Assembly (NCBI GenBank): GCA_013239625.1 | Contig: MU053645.1 | Span: 1,418,274-1,482,273 of the forward strand | From: Lama guanicoe | Lineage: Eukaryota | Direction of reading: 5' to 3' | DNA: 64,000 nt | Shown here: positions 61,020 through 64,000 of the stretch, piece after piece | Layout: every line of letters begins with the position of its first letter | Numbering within the stretch: the first letter of the stretch is position 1 | Position numbers and translations under genes: made by a program | Notes under the pieces: model-generated | Databases searched by the model: none | What the model was told of the DNA's origin: nothing | Seen by the model: only the letters and a program-made list of their open reading frames with translations

Positions 61020-61720
61020 GATTCAAGCATTAATTTGTTCAAAAACATTCACTGAGTGTCAATTATGTGTCAGACACCACGTTGGGCACTGGAGATGTGA
61101 CAATAAGAGATACAGTCCCTAACATCTAGGAGCTTACAGTGCAATTGAAGAGACAGACAAATGAGAGGCAATTATAATACCATATGATATATGCTATAAT
61201 AAAAGTAATCACAGGGTACTGTAGGGACGTATAATGAGGGTTTTCTGATCTGATGGGGTGGAGGACAAGTCAGAGATGTCTATGAAGTCTTTCTGGAAGA
61301 AGTTATCAGTGAGTTGAGTTTTGAAGTATAAGCAGGAGTTACCCAAAACGTAGAGGGTAAAGGGTGATTTAAGAAGATAGCGCAGCAGCATGTGTTTATA
61401 TGGTAATCCAGGCAAGAAGTAATGTGGTCTTGAATGGTAGTAGCAGCTCCGGTGGAGAGTAGGAGAGAGATTAGAGAGACATTTGGGAGGTATTATTCAA
61501 CACAACATAGTAATTAATTGACTGTTGGGTTGAGGAGGGCATGGTCTAGGAATAAGCTTGGGTCATAGGGTGAATGAAGGAATCATCAAGCTGGATAAAA
61601 AATACAGAAGGAACAAGTGTGAAGAGGAAGACAGATTTAGCTTTTAGCATGTTACGTTGGGTGGATATTTTTAGCAGGGAATTTTATATATGGGATCTGG
61701 TGTGACAGAGAGAGAGAGAG
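61020..61720 (-). mobile_element. L2 element
   Basis: CATTCACTGAGTGTCAATTATGTGTCAGACAC..GGAGCTTACAGT..GAGTTGAGTTTTGAAG. Confidence 0.75.
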
Positions 61721-61869
61721 AGATGCCAAGCTTTTACTCTACTGTGGGTTAAAAAACCAGAGAACCAAGTTCTTTTAATCTGTGCATAAAATAAGAAAAA
61801 TAGCTCTGACAGAGGACCTGAGGAGCTTCCGTATGAACATGAGCTCTTTGGGCAACAGCTTTTGTGTGT

Positions 61870-62630
61870 TGAATTGGCATCTCAAACTTAACGTGTACAA
61901 AACAGGACTCTTGATTTCCATTTGCACCCCAACATATTTCTCTCCTTGTCTTCTCCATCTCAGTTTATGGTATACCGCAACCCACCCAGCTGCTTGATTC
62001 AAAAATTTAAGTTACTTTCTTAAGTCTCTCTGTCCCTTACATCTTATACCCAATACATTTGCAAGTCTTACCAACTTCACCTCCAAAATATACATGGAAT
62101 CCCTTCACATCTCCCCTTCTCTGTTGCTGTCTTATAGTTCAAGCCACCATCATCTCAGGCTTATACCGCTGTAAGAACATCTTAAGTGGCCTCCCTACCT
62201 CTACTCTTGCCCAAACAAGCCAGGGTGGTAACCACTTTAGGGCCTTTGCATTTGTTAATCCCTCTAGGAGCTACTTTCCCCTGTTACACATGGTCTACTA
62301 CATGTTTAGATCTCAACTCTCAAACATCTCCCACATTCTTAGAAAAGCCTTCCTTGACTCCCTTCTTAATTCTGACTTAGCCTCATTATACAGGCCCACA
62401 AGTCACTCTATCACAGAGCCCCATCTTATTTTCTTTATAGCGTTTGTCTCTTTACAAAAATCATTTTGTATGTTGCTTTACTGATTACTTATTGTCTGTT
62501 TCACATCCCCCTCAACACACAAGGGCAGGGATTTTAACTGTTTTGCTTACATTTATATTTATATTTCTTACAACAGTTCTTAGCATCTAATAATTGCTCA
62601 ATAACTGTTTGTTAAAGTTGAATGAATGAA
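61870..62630 (+). mobile_element. L2 element to 3' terminus
   Basis: GGCATCTCAAACTTAACGTGT..CAAGCCACCATCATCTC..AGGGCCTTTGCA..GCTCAATAA..GTTGAATGAATGAA. Confidence 0.85.
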
Positions 62631-64000
62631 AATATTTTTATTACTCCAAGGCCTTTTTGTTTCTCACTCCCTAGTTCTGTATTGGGTTGTGTTATTCTCT
62701 GTGTGTATGTCACATGATTACAAAGTCATGACACAGATTTTTTTTATGTGGTTCATAAGCTGGCTCTGAATATATATACACTCACCCAGAAAAATTCCAT
62801 TTTTACAGAACGGATGGACATAAAAGGTGCTCTATAAAAATAGATTTTCCGGGAATTAGTAATATGCCCTATGAACATACTGGGAATTCTAATCTACTTA
62901 AATAATGGTGGAAGAATAAACTTTCTGACTTTGTTATACTTTTTGTAATAAGAGACAAAATTCCAAAAATATCACTTATGTCTTCAACACTTATGTTTTA
63001 AAAATTCTGCTTCTTCCCAAAGAGGAATCCATCAAAATGGAATTTCCCTTGTGTTTTCAGATAAACTGGGATATGACTGTTTTGTTTACACGCATCCTCT
63101 TGTCCGGAAGCTCATCCTCTGGCTACTACCCCATGGATAGGCACACTGACATACATCACAGGGACTTGCCCAGCTCTCACTTCAAAGAAAGGGGTAATGG
63201 ATCAAATATCATCCCTGCAAAGAAGGGATTTTAACCAAACTGCCCAAAGGCATTCACATCTGCCCCCTATCCCTGGTGACTTCCCCAGAATCACAGGACT
63301 CCCAGAGCTTGCTCTTCAATGCTGCCTGGGAGTGAAGGTGGATTATGTTTTTTAATCACAGTTAGGCTCAATCATGAGACCACTCATCTTCAGAAGGATT
63401 CAGGTCCCCTTGCCAACACTGCCCTTGCTACTTGTATACCTAGTTATGTCAGAGTGGGCAGGGGATGGGACACTATTCTGAGAGGTGCTAATGAATTAAG
63501 GAGTTTAATTCCTATCTGACAGACATAATGATACTTTATTCAAAGGTTCCCTATTCACAAATACCCTCACAGAGCAGTCATTACATGATCCTACAAAATT
63601 AATAGAAGAATTTCAACAATGACAATTTTACTCAGGGATTAAAATATCAATTGTTATTCTAACCAAGACTTTGTCTTTTAATATCAGGGCCAGAGAGACA
63701 TGCACTTAAAATCTATGCAGCTGAATGTGTATACATGGGTGGATAAGGTGGGGTTCATAAACCCTTATCTGATCAAATTGTTTTCATAGTATATTTACCT
63801 CCCTGGGTAAAAGCTTTCCCTGCAAGGATGTACATCCTGAAAGAAATCTATTCCCCAGGTAAGGAGTGACAGATCCACAATCAGAAATGTTCTCAAGGGA
63901 GATAAAATTGTACACACTGCTCTGTTTGCTACAGATTCAATCAGCAGGAAGAGGTAATGTAAATACTGCTCTGCTGAAGCTCCTCATAGAAGGCAGCTGG

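Noticed and set aside
62059..62484. 141-aa ORF, and similar 60-120 aa track ORFs
   Set aside because: It lies within L2. The other track ORFs fall in L1, L2, MIR, LTR or microsatellite sequence or look random, and none resembles a host protein I recognise.

Overview
Mammalian genomic DNA, almost certainly camelid (camel, alpaca or llama), judged from a Vic-1-type tRNA-derived SINE with a perfect TSD at 60530-60680 and young L1 3' ends of artiodactyl type. The window is AT-rich, CpG-poor and dominated by transposable-element debris: L1 of several ages, HAL1, L2, MIR, ERVL/MaLR/ERV1 solo LTRs, and hAT and Tigger DNA transposons. It also contains a 302-N assembly gap. I recognise no host protein-coding gene, so it reads as intergenic or deep intronic sequence. 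The only real long ORF is the RT region of a 5'-truncated L1 ORF2 (13673-14856). I found no evidence of a new multi-gene biological system. The most interesting signals are small. They are: a MER41-like solo LTR whose GAS (STAT) site has N4 spacing; a TSD-flanked, tailless 64-bp copy of an L1 5' end; a TSD-flanked retrocopy of an LTR R region with a decayed tail; a twin-primed inverted L1; a local templated duplication inside an L1; and several non-repeat blocks with enhancer-like motifs or strong splice sites. Repeat subfamily names come from my recall of consensus sequences, not from a database search, and boundaries of old repeats are approximate.
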